This document shows, in pieces, positions 33,975 to 44,076 of a stretch of 61,389 nt of DNA. The position numbers and the translations under genes were made by a program. The first letter of the stretch is position 1; the number at the start of each line of letters is the position of its first letter. The stretch comes from Candidatus Desulfacyla euxinica. Its GTDB lineage: Bacteria; Desulfobacterota; DSM-4660; Desulfatiglandales; Desulfatiglandaceae. The notes below the pieces were generated by a model, which had not been told where the DNA came from, searched no databases, and was given only the letters and a program-made list of their open reading frames with translations. Where the stretch lies: NCBI GenBank assembly GCA_014382715.1, contig JACNJD010000124.1, positions 1 to 61,389 on the forward strand, in the 5' to 3' direction.

Positions 33975-34949
33975 ATGGAGACAACGAATTATGAACGTCG
34001 CGACATTGTCCGTCGCTCAGCTGTTATTGTTCTGCACTATGGGAATCCTGAAATTACAAGCAGATGTATTTCTTCTATTCGTGCCTCTGACTTAGTACCA
34101 GATATCATATTGGTAGACAATGATCCCATTCATCGATATCTCCGACCAAGTGAGTTAGGCCTAACCTACCTGCCACAAGAAGTAAATTTGGGATTTGCTG
34201 GCGGGGTCAATCTCGGTATACGAAAAGCTATCAAATTGGGGAAGGAGATGGTCCTTCTACTCAATAACGATGTGGAAGTCGCCCCAAAAACAGTTATACG
34301 CCTTTTGGTGACATCCTATCTCCTTTCTTGCCTTGTCGGCGGAATAGAATTGGCGCTGGATAAGAATGGCGGGCACATGTCCAAAGTGATTTTCGCCGGT
34401 GGAGACTTGGTTTGGAAGGAGCTACCAGTTCGCCTAAGGCTCAGCCCAACATCCCATAAACAACCTTATTCTACAGGTTTTGTTCGTGGATCCTGCATGG
34501 CTTTGTCTTTAAAGATAGTTCAATCCATCGGTCTTATGGATGTCGGATTTTTTGCTTATGGAGAAGACGTCGATTATTGTATCAGAGCGTCCCAGGCAGG
34601 ATGGCCGCTAATGATTGACCCGCGGGCACAGCTTTGGCACAGGGGCTCGGCCAGTTGTGATGTCCGCAGAAGAAATTATTTAATGGCCCGAAACGGAGTG
34701 CGTTTGTTGCGGAGGTACACAATGGGGAAGATGTATATGCGCGGAATGATTTTAGGGTCCCTGGCTGCCTTATCCAGTGTTTTCAGGAAGGAAAGACAGG
34801 GAAAATTCAAGGGATTTATTGAAGGATTATTGTACAATCCAGGATACTATCTTCTGGGGCCTCAGAATTCCTTTCACGCTCCCAAGCCTGCCATAATATC
34901 GCCCCGGGGTCAACATGGCCCAACAGTCAATCGGAAAATCCATAGTTGA
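33975..34949 (+). CDS. GT2 glycosyltransferase (rhamnosyltransferase-like)
   Basis: Contains VIVLHYGNPEIT..ILVDND..GFAGGVNLGI..LLLNNDVEV. ATG 33975 is preferred over TTG 33945. Confidence 0.75.
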   Translation: METTNYERRDIVRRSAVIVLHYGNPEITSRCISSIRASDLVPDIILVDNDPIHRYLRPSELGLTYLPQEVNLGFAGGVNLGIRKAIKLGKEMVLLLNNDVEVAPKTVIRLLVTSYLLSCLVGGIELALDKNGGHMSKVIFAGGDLVWKELPVRLRLSPTSHKQPYSTGFVRGSCMALSLKIVQSIGLMDVGFFAYGEDVDYCIRASQAGWPLMIDPRAQLWHRGSASCDVRRRNYLMARNGVRLLRRYTMGKMYMRGMILGSLAALSSVFRKERQGKFKGFIEGLLYNPGYYLLGPQNSFHAPKPAIISPRGQHGPTVNRKIHS

Positions 34950-35930
34950 CCCCTTCCCGAAACGACCTACAGAAGGGATAAAATTTGGATTCGGGCTAAA
35001 TTCAAATAACCATCCGTCTTGCAGCTGAGTTGGTATTTCCAGCATAAAAGGGGAAGTAAAGACGGACTCGTGAAGGTTTTCACCCTTCGTATTTATGGGG
35101 GCCTTACGATGACCCATCAACTTTTTGCCCCTAAATTTCAAACCCTTAATGTATTTTTCTAAGAATATCCTGTGGGATATTTTGAAAATTGACCTTTTAT
35201 CTTTTTCATTTACTTTGTCACACTGGTTGTAGTGATGAGTTGCCTTAGCGTTTGGTTCCATGAAAAGAGTATAGCCTGCCTTTTTCAGACGCATAAAAAG
35301 ATCAGTGTCTTCAAAATAGAGAAAAAAGCGGGGATCAAAAAGCCCTTGGGCCATTAAGATAGACTCCCTTTTTAGGAGGACCACACTACCTGAAAGGTTT
35401 CTCATTTTTACAGGTCTGTCAGAGCACCAAAATTTTATGGAATAGTCCCTCCAAATAACACTAAAAAGCCTATTGATTATTGACTGAGGGCCAAATTTGC
35501 CCAAAATGGATTCAAAAAGAAATAATGCGGGAGGATAGGACGGCGGCAAAAGGTATGAGAGCCCGTCATCCCAAAAAACCCTTGGAGCAACGGCCCCCAC
35601 ATTTTCTCGAGCAGACAACAGCTTTTGTAAGCATACCAAACAACCTGATAATAATTTGGCATCTGGATTTATGAGAAGGATGAATTCGCCTGAAAACTGT
35701 TCAAAGGCTTGATTGCAGGCACGCCCAAAGCCGATATTTTGGGCATTCACTCTCAAAGTGACGACCGGAGGAAGACCCAATCGCAATTTTTGTACTTCCT
35801 CCTCATCCTCGCTGTTGTCTATTACAATTACATGAACAGGACCTATTGATGACGAGTTGAGGACTGATTGAGCTGCCTGCAGCGTTAGGCCTGCACTCTT
35901 GTAATTGATTATGATAGCAAGTGTTTCCAA
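34827..35930 (-). CDS. GT2 glycosyltransferase
   Basis: Contains AIIINYKSAGLT..VIVIDNSEDEE..GFGRACN..LLINPDAKL. Confidence 0.75.
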   Translation of the reverse strand: METLAIIINYKSAGLTLQAAQSVLNSSSIGPVHVIVIDNSEDEEEVQKLRLGLPPVVTLRVNAQNIGFGRACNQAFEQFSGEFILLINPDAKLLSGCLVCLQKLLSARENVGAVAPRVFWDDGLSYLLPPSYPPALFLFESILGKFGPQSIINRLFSVIWRDYSIKFWCSDRPVKMRNLSGSVVLLKRESILMAQGLFDPRFFLYFEDTDLFMRLKKAGYTLFMEPNAKATHHYNQCDKVNEKDKRSIFKISHRIFLEKYIKGLKFRGKKLMGHRKAPINTKGENLHESVFTSPFMLEIPTQLQDGWLFEFSPNPNFIPSVGRFGKGSTMDFPIDCWAMLTPGRYYGRLGSVKGILRPQKIVSWIVQ

Positions 35931-36056
35931 GGATAGTGTTTTCTCTGTAGCGGAAAAGCCTTCCTAAAAAGCGGTCAGTCATGTTAGTGCAAAAACCAAT
36001 TACAAAATTCATCCAGCAAATGTAACCGGTTTTAAAAGTAGTCAATGGGAAAACCA

Positions 36057-36728
36057 CTATTTCCACCATCCAACCCTTTTGGTTAGATTGCTAAATTGGA
36101 CCACATCACTATCAAGGCTCTCTGCAATATAGGTCATAGTACCATCAAAATCCTCCAGCATGTTATTATACATAATGCTAACGACATTAGAGTTTTTCCC
36201 CCTACTGTTAGCCCACAACGTGGTATAATGCTCCCAATATTCTTGGGGTTTCATGTCTACCTCATGGAAAAAACGATTTTCGCCTGCAAATTTTACATTC
36301 CCTGTTAAGGTCCTCACATTTGTGGCCGGCTTGTTGAGCTTCTTTATTCTCCGCTCAACCTCCTGGAAAAAATGAACTGCGGCAGGAAATTTTGTGTTCC
36401 TTGCCAAGTTCCTTACGTTTGTCATCAGCTTTTTATATTTTTCTATTTTCCGCATATCTTTATACCGGGTTTTCAGGAATTCCTCATAACTACCAACGTC
36501 CAAACCAAACCTCTCCTTTAGCACATATATGGACTTAGCTACCTCCTTAAACGCTCTCCATATATGAATATACACAACATTTGGATCACATGTTATTTGA
36601 GGGAGCCCATGATTTCCGTATATTTTTAGATAATCCGGATCATTCAGGAAATTCGTACTTATTAGCGCTGTTATATAGTGGGTTCCTGATCTTGGATGGC
36701 CTATACACACTATGTTTTTGTATTTCAT
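36057..36728 (-). CDS. Sulfotransferase-like protein with an internal ~30-aa tandem duplication
   Basis: CIGHPRSGTHYI resembles the PAPS 5'-phosphosulfate-binding loop. Residues 96-125 and 126-157 are repeats (..TNVRNLARNTKFPAAVHFFQEVE / ..TNVRTLTGNVKFAGENRFFHEVD). Confidence 0.45.
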   Translation of the reverse strand: MKYKNIVCIGHPRSGTHYITALISTNFLNDPDYLKIYGNHGLPQITCDPNVVYIHIWRAFKEVAKSIYVLKERFGLDVGSYEEFLKTRYKDMRKIEKYKKLMTNVRNLARNTKFPAAVHFFQEVERRIKKLNKPATNVRTLTGNVKFAGENRFFHEVDMKPQEYWEHYTTLWANSRGKNSNVVSIMYNNMLEDFDGTMTYIAESLDSDVVQFSNLTKRVGWWK

Positions 36729-36801
36729 GGTAGGATCTCTCTGTTAACTTTCCAGGATGTAAAGTCGCGATTAAGTAATGAATAGCTCAACTAACGAAAG
36801 C

Positions 36802-38346
36802 TTAACACAATAGTCCCTTAGCTATTTTGAAAAGTAGTTTTCTAAGAATCAGTCTAAATCGTCCCACCGGGCCGGAATGGGCTAATCGGTTTCGGATTTC
36901 ATTTTCGTATTTATGAACTACTCTCCAACGGGCATTGAGGTCATGATCAGACCCAAAAGGGGTTTGAGTCAGGGTGCTATAACCATGTTTTCTGTATATG
37001 GCGGTCCATGCCTTTACCGGAATGAAACCGTAATTCGCCAAAGCAAGACGTAACCATAGATCCCAATCTTCGAACATCTCAAGGTTCTCATCAAAACCGC
37101 CAACGGCTTCAAGGGCCTCCCTTCGGATAAGAACGCTGTGGATAGGTAAAAAATTTTCTTTTAGGAGATGTGATAGATCCATCGGGTGCAAAGAAATAAA
37201 ATTCTGCAGTCCATTTTCGTTTTCTTCAATTACCCCGCTGTAGGCAATGCTGCACCATGGATTTCTGGATAAAGCCAACAAAAGCGTTTCTATATGGTGG
37301 CGGGTGTAAAGGTCATCATCATCAAGAAAGGCAACCATTGATCCTTGGGATTGTTTCCATCCAAGGTTAGCAGCGTGGCTGCGGTTTGCCCGATCTTCAG
37401 TTCGTAATATACGTATCGGGATTTCAGAAAATGGAATAGTTGTTTCGGATGTGCCATCATTCACCACTATTATTTCAATACCTCGCCATGTTTGTGCAAG
37501 AACGCTTTCCACTGCTTGCCTTAGGGCCTCAGGGCGATTACGCGTTCGGATCACCACACTGACTTTCTTATCTTGCGCGGGGCTGGAATAGGGTGAAATC
37601 ATCCTTTCATCTTGAAGGATCATCGCGGGTAGACGAGGAACATCGTTGGATGAGAAGAATCGAAAGGCCTCGACTGCAAGGATTTCAGGAGGAAGACTCC
37701 ATGTGCGGAATTTATTTAACCCCAAGAGCATCCCCTTATAATCCCTTTGGGATAGTTGTGACTTATACGCTGATAAGGCTGCAGTTTTTTGTTCAATGAA
37801 ATTCGAGATATCAACAAGAAGGTTGACTTTCGGCAAAGGTAGTATCTCGTAAAAAGCAACCTCAATCTTCCATGAAAGCCACGGGAGAAGGTGAATAAAC
37901 AGGTTCGAAGTAGCCAGATGATCAGGATGATGCTCGTATGGTGAAGGAATAAGACATAGATCAGGACGTATTCTTAGGAGCAGGTGTTGCAGTCGGTCCA
38001 AGAGGCGTTGATTGACCTCAAGGCTACGATCAGGTTCCCCCCAGATCACAACCGACTCCCATGGTACCCCTAAAATTTCCATGGCATTTCTTAATTCTTG
38101 AAGTCGTGTGGTTGCAAGATCTTGCTTTTCTGATGATACATTTGCAAGCCCTGCACCATCTGTAAGTACCAAGACGCATATTTTACTCCCTTCCTTTACA
38201 TATCTGCACAACGCACCTCCACAGGCCAAAGTCTCGTCATCAGGATGAGGAGCAGCTACCAGAATCCGACGGGCAGATACCCAGCCGTCTTTATATGGTA
38301 AACGGTCAATCTCCGGCCATCTGCCGCTTCGACCCATATCTACCAT
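36802..38346 (-). CDS. Fusion of a PIG-L/LmbE-family deacetylase and a GT2 glycosyltransferase
   Basis: The N-terminus has VAAPHPDDETLACGG. The C-terminus has VSVVIRTRNRPEAL..IIVVNDG..FLDDDD. Confidence 0.75.
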   Translation of the reverse strand: MVDMGRSGRWPEIDRLPYKDGWVSARRILVAAPHPDDETLACGGALCRYVKEGSKICVLVLTDGAGLANVSSEKQDLATTRLQELRNAMEILGVPWESVVIWGEPDRSLEVNQRLLDRLQHLLLRIRPDLCLIPSPYEHHPDHLATSNLFIHLLPWLSWKIEVAFYEILPLPKVNLLVDISNFIEQKTAALSAYKSQLSQRDYKGMLLGLNKFRTWSLPPEILAVEAFRFFSSNDVPRLPAMILQDERMISPYSSPAQDKKVSVVIRTRNRPEALRQAVESVLAQTWRGIEIIVVNDGTSETTIPFSEIPIRILRTEDRANRSHAANLGWKQSQGSMVAFLDDDDLYTRHHIETLLLALSRNPWCSIAYSGVIEENENGLQNFISLHPMDLSHLLKENFLPIHSVLIRREALEAVGGFDENLEMFEDWDLWLRLALANYGFIPVKAWTAIYRKHGYSTLTQTPFGSDHDLNARWRVVHKYENEIRNRLAHSGPVGRFRLILRKLLFKIAKGLLC

Positions 38347-39380
38347 TGGTCAACGTCCCCCATACTGAAATACCACTTGCTATTTGTCATTAAATGGGTG
38401 AAGTCCTCTCCCTTCATATTGCAAGCCCGAGTCGCCCACAGGATCGGTTCATTCACAACCCTGAACCCAAGTGTGAAAAGGTTTCCAAGAGTGGGATCTT
38501 CCAAAAGGCGTATCTTTATGAAATGGGTTCCGGGTTTGTACGCCCGGGTTAGAATTTTTCTAAGCACTGCAACCAGGATCGGTCGGGTTAGTTCTGCTCG
38601 AACAGCGAGGATATCTTTGATGGCAATAATCCGGTCCTGCTGATCCCACACTACAAAACCTAAAATTTTTTCTGGTGATCGGATTCCCCACACATGATAT
38701 GAACAATCCCCATATCGGTACTGAAGGTATGTCGCATCGCGCTGGTAGACTGCGTTCTCTTGCCTGAGGGAGCAGGCCGCCCATATATTATCCAGGTCCC
38801 TTTTGTCTGGGGGTTGTGTTTCGACAGTCAAACCTTGATAATTCCCGTTATAAAGACCCCACCAGGCAGACCAGAAAATCCGTTGTAAAACAATGGGTAT
38901 CTTGGGTAATGAACGCCATACAAGGACATGTCGCATCTTCTGGATCTGACCGCCTGCAAAACGCGCATGTAAGCGCATACTGAGCCTATTTCCGAATCCA
39001 ATGCATATGGAGGCTCCTTGCAATTTCATTTGCTTGAAAAGTTGGTCCCACATACGAGCGTAAATCCGGCCAGCCACTGCTGTATACTGAAGTTCTGAAG
39101 CTATCAAGAGATCGCCAGGGCAGGCAGCGACTATTGTTCCGGCCGGTGTTGAAAGATGCCAGAAAACCGCCCCAAAGTGGCCAACAAGCCGGTTTTCACG
39201 CCACGCGACAACCCCAACCGGAGCATTGACCCGTAAAGAGAGTGGCTGTTTCAAATGTTTTGTTAGCCACCTGGTCCCTACTCCTCTACCAAATCCATTT
39301 TCAAGAAAGGCCCGAATCTTGTTAATATGTTGTTTTGAGACAGGAGATATCTCAATTTCCTTAGATTTCATTTCGATCAT
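38340..39380 (-). CDS. Double-GNAT-like acyltransferase (paralogue of 56606..57697)
   Basis: ATG 39380 (MIEMKSKE) is preferred. The 452-aa track ORF would run through the upstream GT4 gene. The architecture matches the 363-aa GNAT-like protein at 56606. Confidence 0.55.
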   Translation of the reverse strand: MIEMKSKEIEISPVSKQHINKIRAFLENGFGRGVGTRWLTKHLKQPLSLRVNAPVGVVAWRENRLVGHFGAVFWHLSTPAGTIVAACPGDLLIASELQYTAVAGRIYARMWDQLFKQMKLQGASICIGFGNRLSMRLHARFAGGQIQKMRHVLVWRSLPKIPIVLQRIFWSAWWGLYNGNYQGLTVETQPPDKRDLDNIWAACSLRQENAVYQRDATYLQYRYGDCSYHVWGIRSPEKILGFVVWDQQDRIIAIKDILAVRAELTRPILVAVLRKILTRAYKPGTHFIKIRLLEDPTLGNLFTLGFRVVNEPILWATRACNMKGEDFTHLMTNSKWYFSMGDVDQW

Positions 39381-40500
39381 TTCGTCTTTTTTGGTTGCCG
39401 GTTCGCTGAAAATCCTGGAGTGACGCGCACAGCATATCTGCCAGACGACGCCATGACCAAAATTCTCGCACAGATTGAATCCCAGAAGCCCAATACAAGG
39501 GTTTATAAGAATAAATAGCGGATATTGCCTCCAACAATGCATCTGTGGATGCCATCTCGGCCACAACACCAACCTTGAGGCCAATCTGTTCCGGCAAACC
39601 CCCGACCGGGGTGGCAACCACTGGGCGTCCTCTTCCAAGGGCGAAAGCTGCCATGCCGCTTTGGGAAACTTCCTTGTAAGGGCATAACAAGAGATCATGT
39701 TGGTCCACCAATCTTACCAGTTCTGCATCTGTACAATACCTCAGGTACAATTTCAGCCGTTCCCCATATTTGATCTGCATTGCTTGAATTTTGGTCAGAA
39801 GATTTTTATCATAAAAATCTCCTGCAACCGTAAGCCTCAGATCTCTGTCATGTTCAAGAATCTCCAAAGCCATATCCAATCCTTTGTAAGACCGGCCATA
39901 TCCTGCCCAAAGAATCCGTCCGGTCCAACTCCCAAGGGGGTGAAGAGGCCATTCAGGCCATTCATAGAAAGGATGAAAGAGGGAAATGCTTGGAGGACCT
40001 GATTCAGGCCAACATTTCTGAGCAAAACGGGAGAGGAACAAGAGACCATCGGAATTTCGGAGTAAGTTTCGTGTCAGCCAATGTCTACCTGGCCCACTTT
40101 CATGAGGCCAGCAGTTATGACATAAAATGAAAACTGGAAATCCTGCTTTTCGAAGAGCCCAAACAATATAGCGATAACACGGCCAGAACCAGACATGCCA
40201 CCAGGTTATGATAACGGCGTCAGGTGAACAATCTCGGATTCTCCTTACAGACCTTATCCATGTTATGGGAAAGCAACTGTCAAGGGTACGGTTCCCCACG
40301 GAAGATTTTGTTTCGGGGGTTTCCTGAGATTGGCCCGGAAATAATGACGCAGGGTACAACCGGGAAAAATTGATGACTTTTGTGTGGATGCCTTTTTTTG
40401 AGAATGCTTGAGCCAAACGGACAGTAAACAGGCTGATGCCCCCCCGCAAAGGCCACGCGGGACCAATCAAGACTAATTGATTAGGATAGGAGTGATTCAT
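39361..40500 (-). CDS. GT4 (GT-B fold) glycosyltransferase
   Basis: The C-terminus has LLLCPYKEVSQSGMAAFALGRGRPVVATPVGGLPEQI. The ATG directly follows the stop of the upstream gene. Confidence 0.7.
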   Translation of the reverse strand: MNHSYPNQLVLIGPAWPLRGGISLFTVRLAQAFSKKGIHTKVINFSRLYPASLFPGQSQETPETKSSVGNRTLDSCFPITWIRSVRRIRDCSPDAVIITWWHVWFWPCYRYIVWALRKAGFPVFILCHNCWPHESGPGRHWLTRNLLRNSDGLLFLSRFAQKCWPESGPPSISLFHPFYEWPEWPLHPLGSWTGRILWAGYGRSYKGLDMALEILEHDRDLRLTVAGDFYDKNLLTKIQAMQIKYGERLKLYLRYCTDAELVRLVDQHDLLLCPYKEVSQSGMAAFALGRGRPVVATPVGGLPEQIGLKVGVVAEMASTDALLEAISAIYSYKPLYWASGIQSVREFWSWRRLADMLCASLQDFQRTGNQKRRNDRNEI

Positions 40501-41481
40501 TTATTTGATATGTTCAATCTCCGTACCATCAGACGAATTCTGAAGAACAGACCGGATAAAAGGAGAATTATGCAAACGAGGTTGGCTATATGTTAACATT
40601 TCGCCCAAGAGGCCGGTACAGACGAGCTGGATTCCAGCCAGAATAAGCAAAATACCCAACAGGAGAAGCGGATAGCGATTCATGATATAGCCATGTTCCA
40701 AGCGAAGCCATGTGACATAGACACAAATTGCGAATCCTGGAACCCCTAATAGAAAACCAATCCCACCAAAGAAATGAAGGGGACTCAAATAGCTACGTGT
40801 CAGGAAAAGAACCGTAAGTGTATCCCACATTCCACCTATGACCTTCCCTATGCCATACTTGGAAACGCCATCAATACGGCACCGGTGCTCAACATCTCGC
40901 TCGATTACTTTAAAGCCATTGGCATGGAAAAGAAAAGGTAGAAAACGGTAGTGGCCCGCATATATAGGGATATTTTTCAAGATTTCGCGACGTACAATTT
41001 TCAGGCTTGCATTAGAGTCTTTAATGTTGAGACCACTGATAAGGCGTATAAAAGCATTAAAAAATGCAGACATAGCCCTGTAATACCAAGGCGAACGGCG
41101 TTTTCGACGCCGCCCAACGACCATATGGGCATCCTCACCCTCCATGGCTTCTAAAAGACCGTGAATGTCGTTTGGATCATCCTGGCCATCGCCATCCATG
41201 AAAACGATAAATGCCCCTTTTGCATACATGATGCCTGCCTGTTGGGCTAAGGCCTTTCCATTTTTGCCATACAGAAATATCACACTGACTTTATCTGGGT
41301 ATTTGGACTGAATATTTTTCAACATTTCGCCGCTACCATCCACGCTCCCATCATCTACATACACGATTTCAAAAGATGTTTCAGTCAACACGTCAAGCAG
41401 TTCTTCGTTAACTGTGCCAATACATTTCGACTCATTGAAAACTGGAATAACAATAGATAAAAAAGGAGGATTTTCGCTCAT
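40501..41481 (-). CDS. Polyprenyl-phosphate glycosyltransferase (GtrB/ArnC/Ppm1-like GT2 with C-terminal TM helices)
   Basis: Contains LSIVIPVFNES..IVYVDDGSVDGS..FMDGDGQDDP plus two C-terminal hydrophobic helices. Confidence 0.75.
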   Translation of the reverse strand: MSENPPFLSIVIPVFNESKCIGTVNEELLDVLTETSFEIVYVDDGSVDGSGEMLKNIQSKYPDKVSVIFLYGKNGKALAQQAGIMYAKGAFIVFMDGDGQDDPNDIHGLLEAMEGEDAHMVVGRRRKRRSPWYYRAMSAFFNAFIRLISGLNIKDSNASLKIVRREILKNIPIYAGHYRFLPFLFHANGFKVIERDVEHRCRIDGVSKYGIGKVIGGMWDTLTVLFLTRSYLSPLHFFGGIGFLLGVPGFAICVYVTWLRLEHGYIMNRYPLLLLGILLILAGIQLVCTGLLGEMLTYSQPRLHNSPFIRSVLQNSSDGTEIEHIK

Positions 41482-41861
41482 AAAGCTAACGATGCTTTTA
41501 AATGTAACTGCTTGGAAGTCCTAAAATAAGTAACCAAACAAAGGCTTTCTGGTTTTAGATGTATCTGAATAATTGAGAACTGAAAGAGTAATGAATCATA
41601 CCAATAGTTTTGTTTCAATTCAGTTTCAATCCATAATTTACGGAATTGAAGATCTCCATATGAACTTCAAATATCTAAATATATTTGAGCGGAAATTATA
41701 ATTATGAACGCTTTTTAAAAGGGATAATAAGAGAAACACAACTGTATGTCAATTATAGATCATAGCCATCAGAAAAAAGGCCGCATCCCTACCTTAGCTA
41801 AGCTTCGGATCCTGTTAGATTTGGTTAGAAGTTACATAACACTATGAAGCAGACTGTTTTC

Positions 41862-43616
41862 TCATTTCTTACTCAACTTCAATAGGGTCTTGTATTCTTC
41901 CGCAGCCTTATCCTTCATTTTCATTTTGCGATAAAGCATCTCTAAAATCATGTGTGAATCTATACAGTCAGGATTAATCTTTACAACTTCCTTGTAAAGC
42001 GTTAGCGCTTTATTTATCTGTCCCTTCTGTAAATATATGCTGCCTAAATTCTTAAGTGAATAAATGAACTTAGGATTTATTCTCAAAGTCTTTTCATATT
42101 CACTTTCAGCCTTTTCAATTAAGCCTTCCCGCTGGTAAATGCATCCTAAATTAAAATGTGCTAATTCGTAATTTGGGTGTTCCCTAAAACACTTCTCGAA
42201 CTCCTGCTCCACCTTTTTCGACCAGCCATCTTTTAAATAATAGCAGAATGCTATATTATGTTGAGCAAGATAATAATTGGGGGATATTTCCAGTGCCCTT
42301 TTGAATTCGCCTAATGCTTCATTTATGCGCCCTTTTTCTTGTAGACAACCTCCGAAATTATTGTGTGCACGAGCGCAGTTCGGTTGAGTTTTTGCTGTCT
42401 TTTCCCACAATGTAAACTGATCTTTCCAATCTTTATTACGCACTATAGTTCTGACAGACAATAAAATAAGGAAAATTAAAATTATCGGGTATGCGAGACT
42501 TCTAAGTCTTGGCGAACTTACGAGCTGTTCGAACAACCACGCAATCAATATGCAAAATCCAGCAGATGGCAAGTATAGATAATGCTCAGTTACCATTTCG
42601 TGATGCGGAATAACGCCAGATACTGGAAGGATGGTGATAAAAAACCAGAGCGCAGAGAATGCAACAATCTTTTTGTGACGAAATCTAAAGATAAGATAAC
42701 CCACCCCAGATAAAAAAATTAAACAAAATAAAGTTTGTATTTCAAAAACCGACGTTGATCTGGGAAACGCATTAAAAGAGTAATCAGCATTTAAAGTCAT
42801 TGGGAAAAATAGCAGTTTTATGTAAAAACACCAAATTCTTAGAACGGTTAATAAATTCAGGCATACATTTTCCAAGAAATAGCCTAAAATATCTGCTTTC
42901 ATTGCTTTTATGATCGCTGGGGAATAAACGACTATTGAGTAATAAGCAAACATCCCAACAATGACGAAGAATATTAGGTGCTGGTATTTATATTTTTTTA
43001 GCACCTTGATTCCTTTATCTATATCAAAGCAAAAATCATAGGCCAGGAATATCAAAGGCAAGGTTACTGCCATTTCCTTTGTAAATGCGCCAAGAACATA
43101 GGCCACACAAGCAAACGCCATATATCTCTTATAGTTGGTATTTCTGTAACGCAAAAAAAGCCAAAAACCCATCAGATAAAATAGGCTCGATAAAACATCT
43201 CTTCTGCCGGAGATGTAGGTTACTGCATCGGTGTGGATAGGGTGGATTGCAAACAAAATACCAGCAAATATTGCCATTCTATGATTTTTTGCGATTTGGA
43301 CCACAATTAAATATAAAAATATGGTTCCCAAAATATGATAAGCTACATTTGAAATGTGGTAAGATATTGGATTTAAACCAGAAATAAAATAGTCGATGAA
43401 ATAGGATAAGGTCCTAATTGGGCGGTAGTTTGGCCAGCCATCATCAAACCCTAGGATGGCGGGTATATTTTTCAAACTTCGGATCTCATAATTCTCAACC
43501 ACCAGTTGAATATCGTCAAATACGAAATCGTTCTTGAGGCAGTTGAAATAAACAACCCATGAAACACCGCTGATTAAAAGAACCGCGATTAGATGTTTTT
43601 TAATCTTTTGTTTCAT
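41862..43616 (-). CDS. Polytopic GT-C-like membrane protein with C-terminal TPR repeats (TMTC/PMT-like)
   Basis: The first loop reads FDDIQLVVENYEIRSLKNIPAILG..YRPIRTLSY. About 10 TM segments follow, then 4-5 TPR units (..ALGEFKRALEISPNYYLAQHNIAFCY..). Confidence 0.6.
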   Translation of the reverse strand: MKQKIKKHLIAVLLISGVSWVVYFNCLKNDFVFDDIQLVVENYEIRSLKNIPAILGFDDGWPNYRPIRTLSYFIDYFISGLNPISYHISNVAYHILGTIFLYLIVVQIAKNHRMAIFAGILFAIHPIHTDAVTYISGRRDVLSSLFYLMGFWLFLRYRNTNYKRYMAFACVAYVLGAFTKEMAVTLPLIFLAYDFCFDIDKGIKVLKKYKYQHLIFFVIVGMFAYYSIVVYSPAIIKAMKADILGYFLENVCLNLLTVLRIWCFYIKLLFFPMTLNADYSFNAFPRSTSVFEIQTLFCLIFLSGVGYLIFRFRHKKIVAFSALWFFITILPVSGVIPHHEMVTEHYLYLPSAGFCILIAWLFEQLVSSPRLRSLAYPIILIFLILLSVRTIVRNKDWKDQFTLWEKTAKTQPNCARAHNNFGGCLQEKGRINEALGEFKRALEISPNYYLAQHNIAFCYYLKDGWSKKVEQEFEKCFREHPNYELAHFNLGCIYQREGLIEKAESEYEKTLRINPKFIYSLKNLGSIYLQKGQINKALTLYKEVVKINPDCIDSHMILEMLYRKMKMKDKAAEEYKTLLKLSKK

Positions 43617-44076
43617 TAAATTTTCTCACACCGCTGTAAAATCGATCTCCGATCGATCTGTACGAATTCGTGGCACATAATAGGAGGGGCATGGAAATTA
43701 CATTCTTTTTGTTATTGGGATATTGGCATTCTGGTCATAGTTTCGTATTTCATGCTTTGGATTTTGTATTTCTTGATCGAAAGGCAGGATTTCTGGTCAG
43801 GCTATAATTATTTACACCAATAGTGTGATCTATGTGCGCTCATTCCATAATACAATATACACATGATATTATTAAACTTGATTAAACTTGATATCAAATT
43901 CAATATTTTTTATATTCATTTCCAACAAAATGTTTTTTCCTTGTGCAGGCTCCCCAATAACACTACTGATCAGAAAAAATTTCATGCTGAATCAGTAGAA
44001 AATAGTTTTTTGATATTATTGTGAAAAACACCCATTCGTCTATTTTTTAAGTCTTTCTGAAGTTCGGATCATACTG

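Noticed and set aside
39381-39698. N-terminal 106 codons of the 452-aa ORF 38340..39698
   Set aside because: These codons lie entirely inside the GT4 gene 39361..40500 in another frame. GNAT-like similarity starts after ATG 39380.
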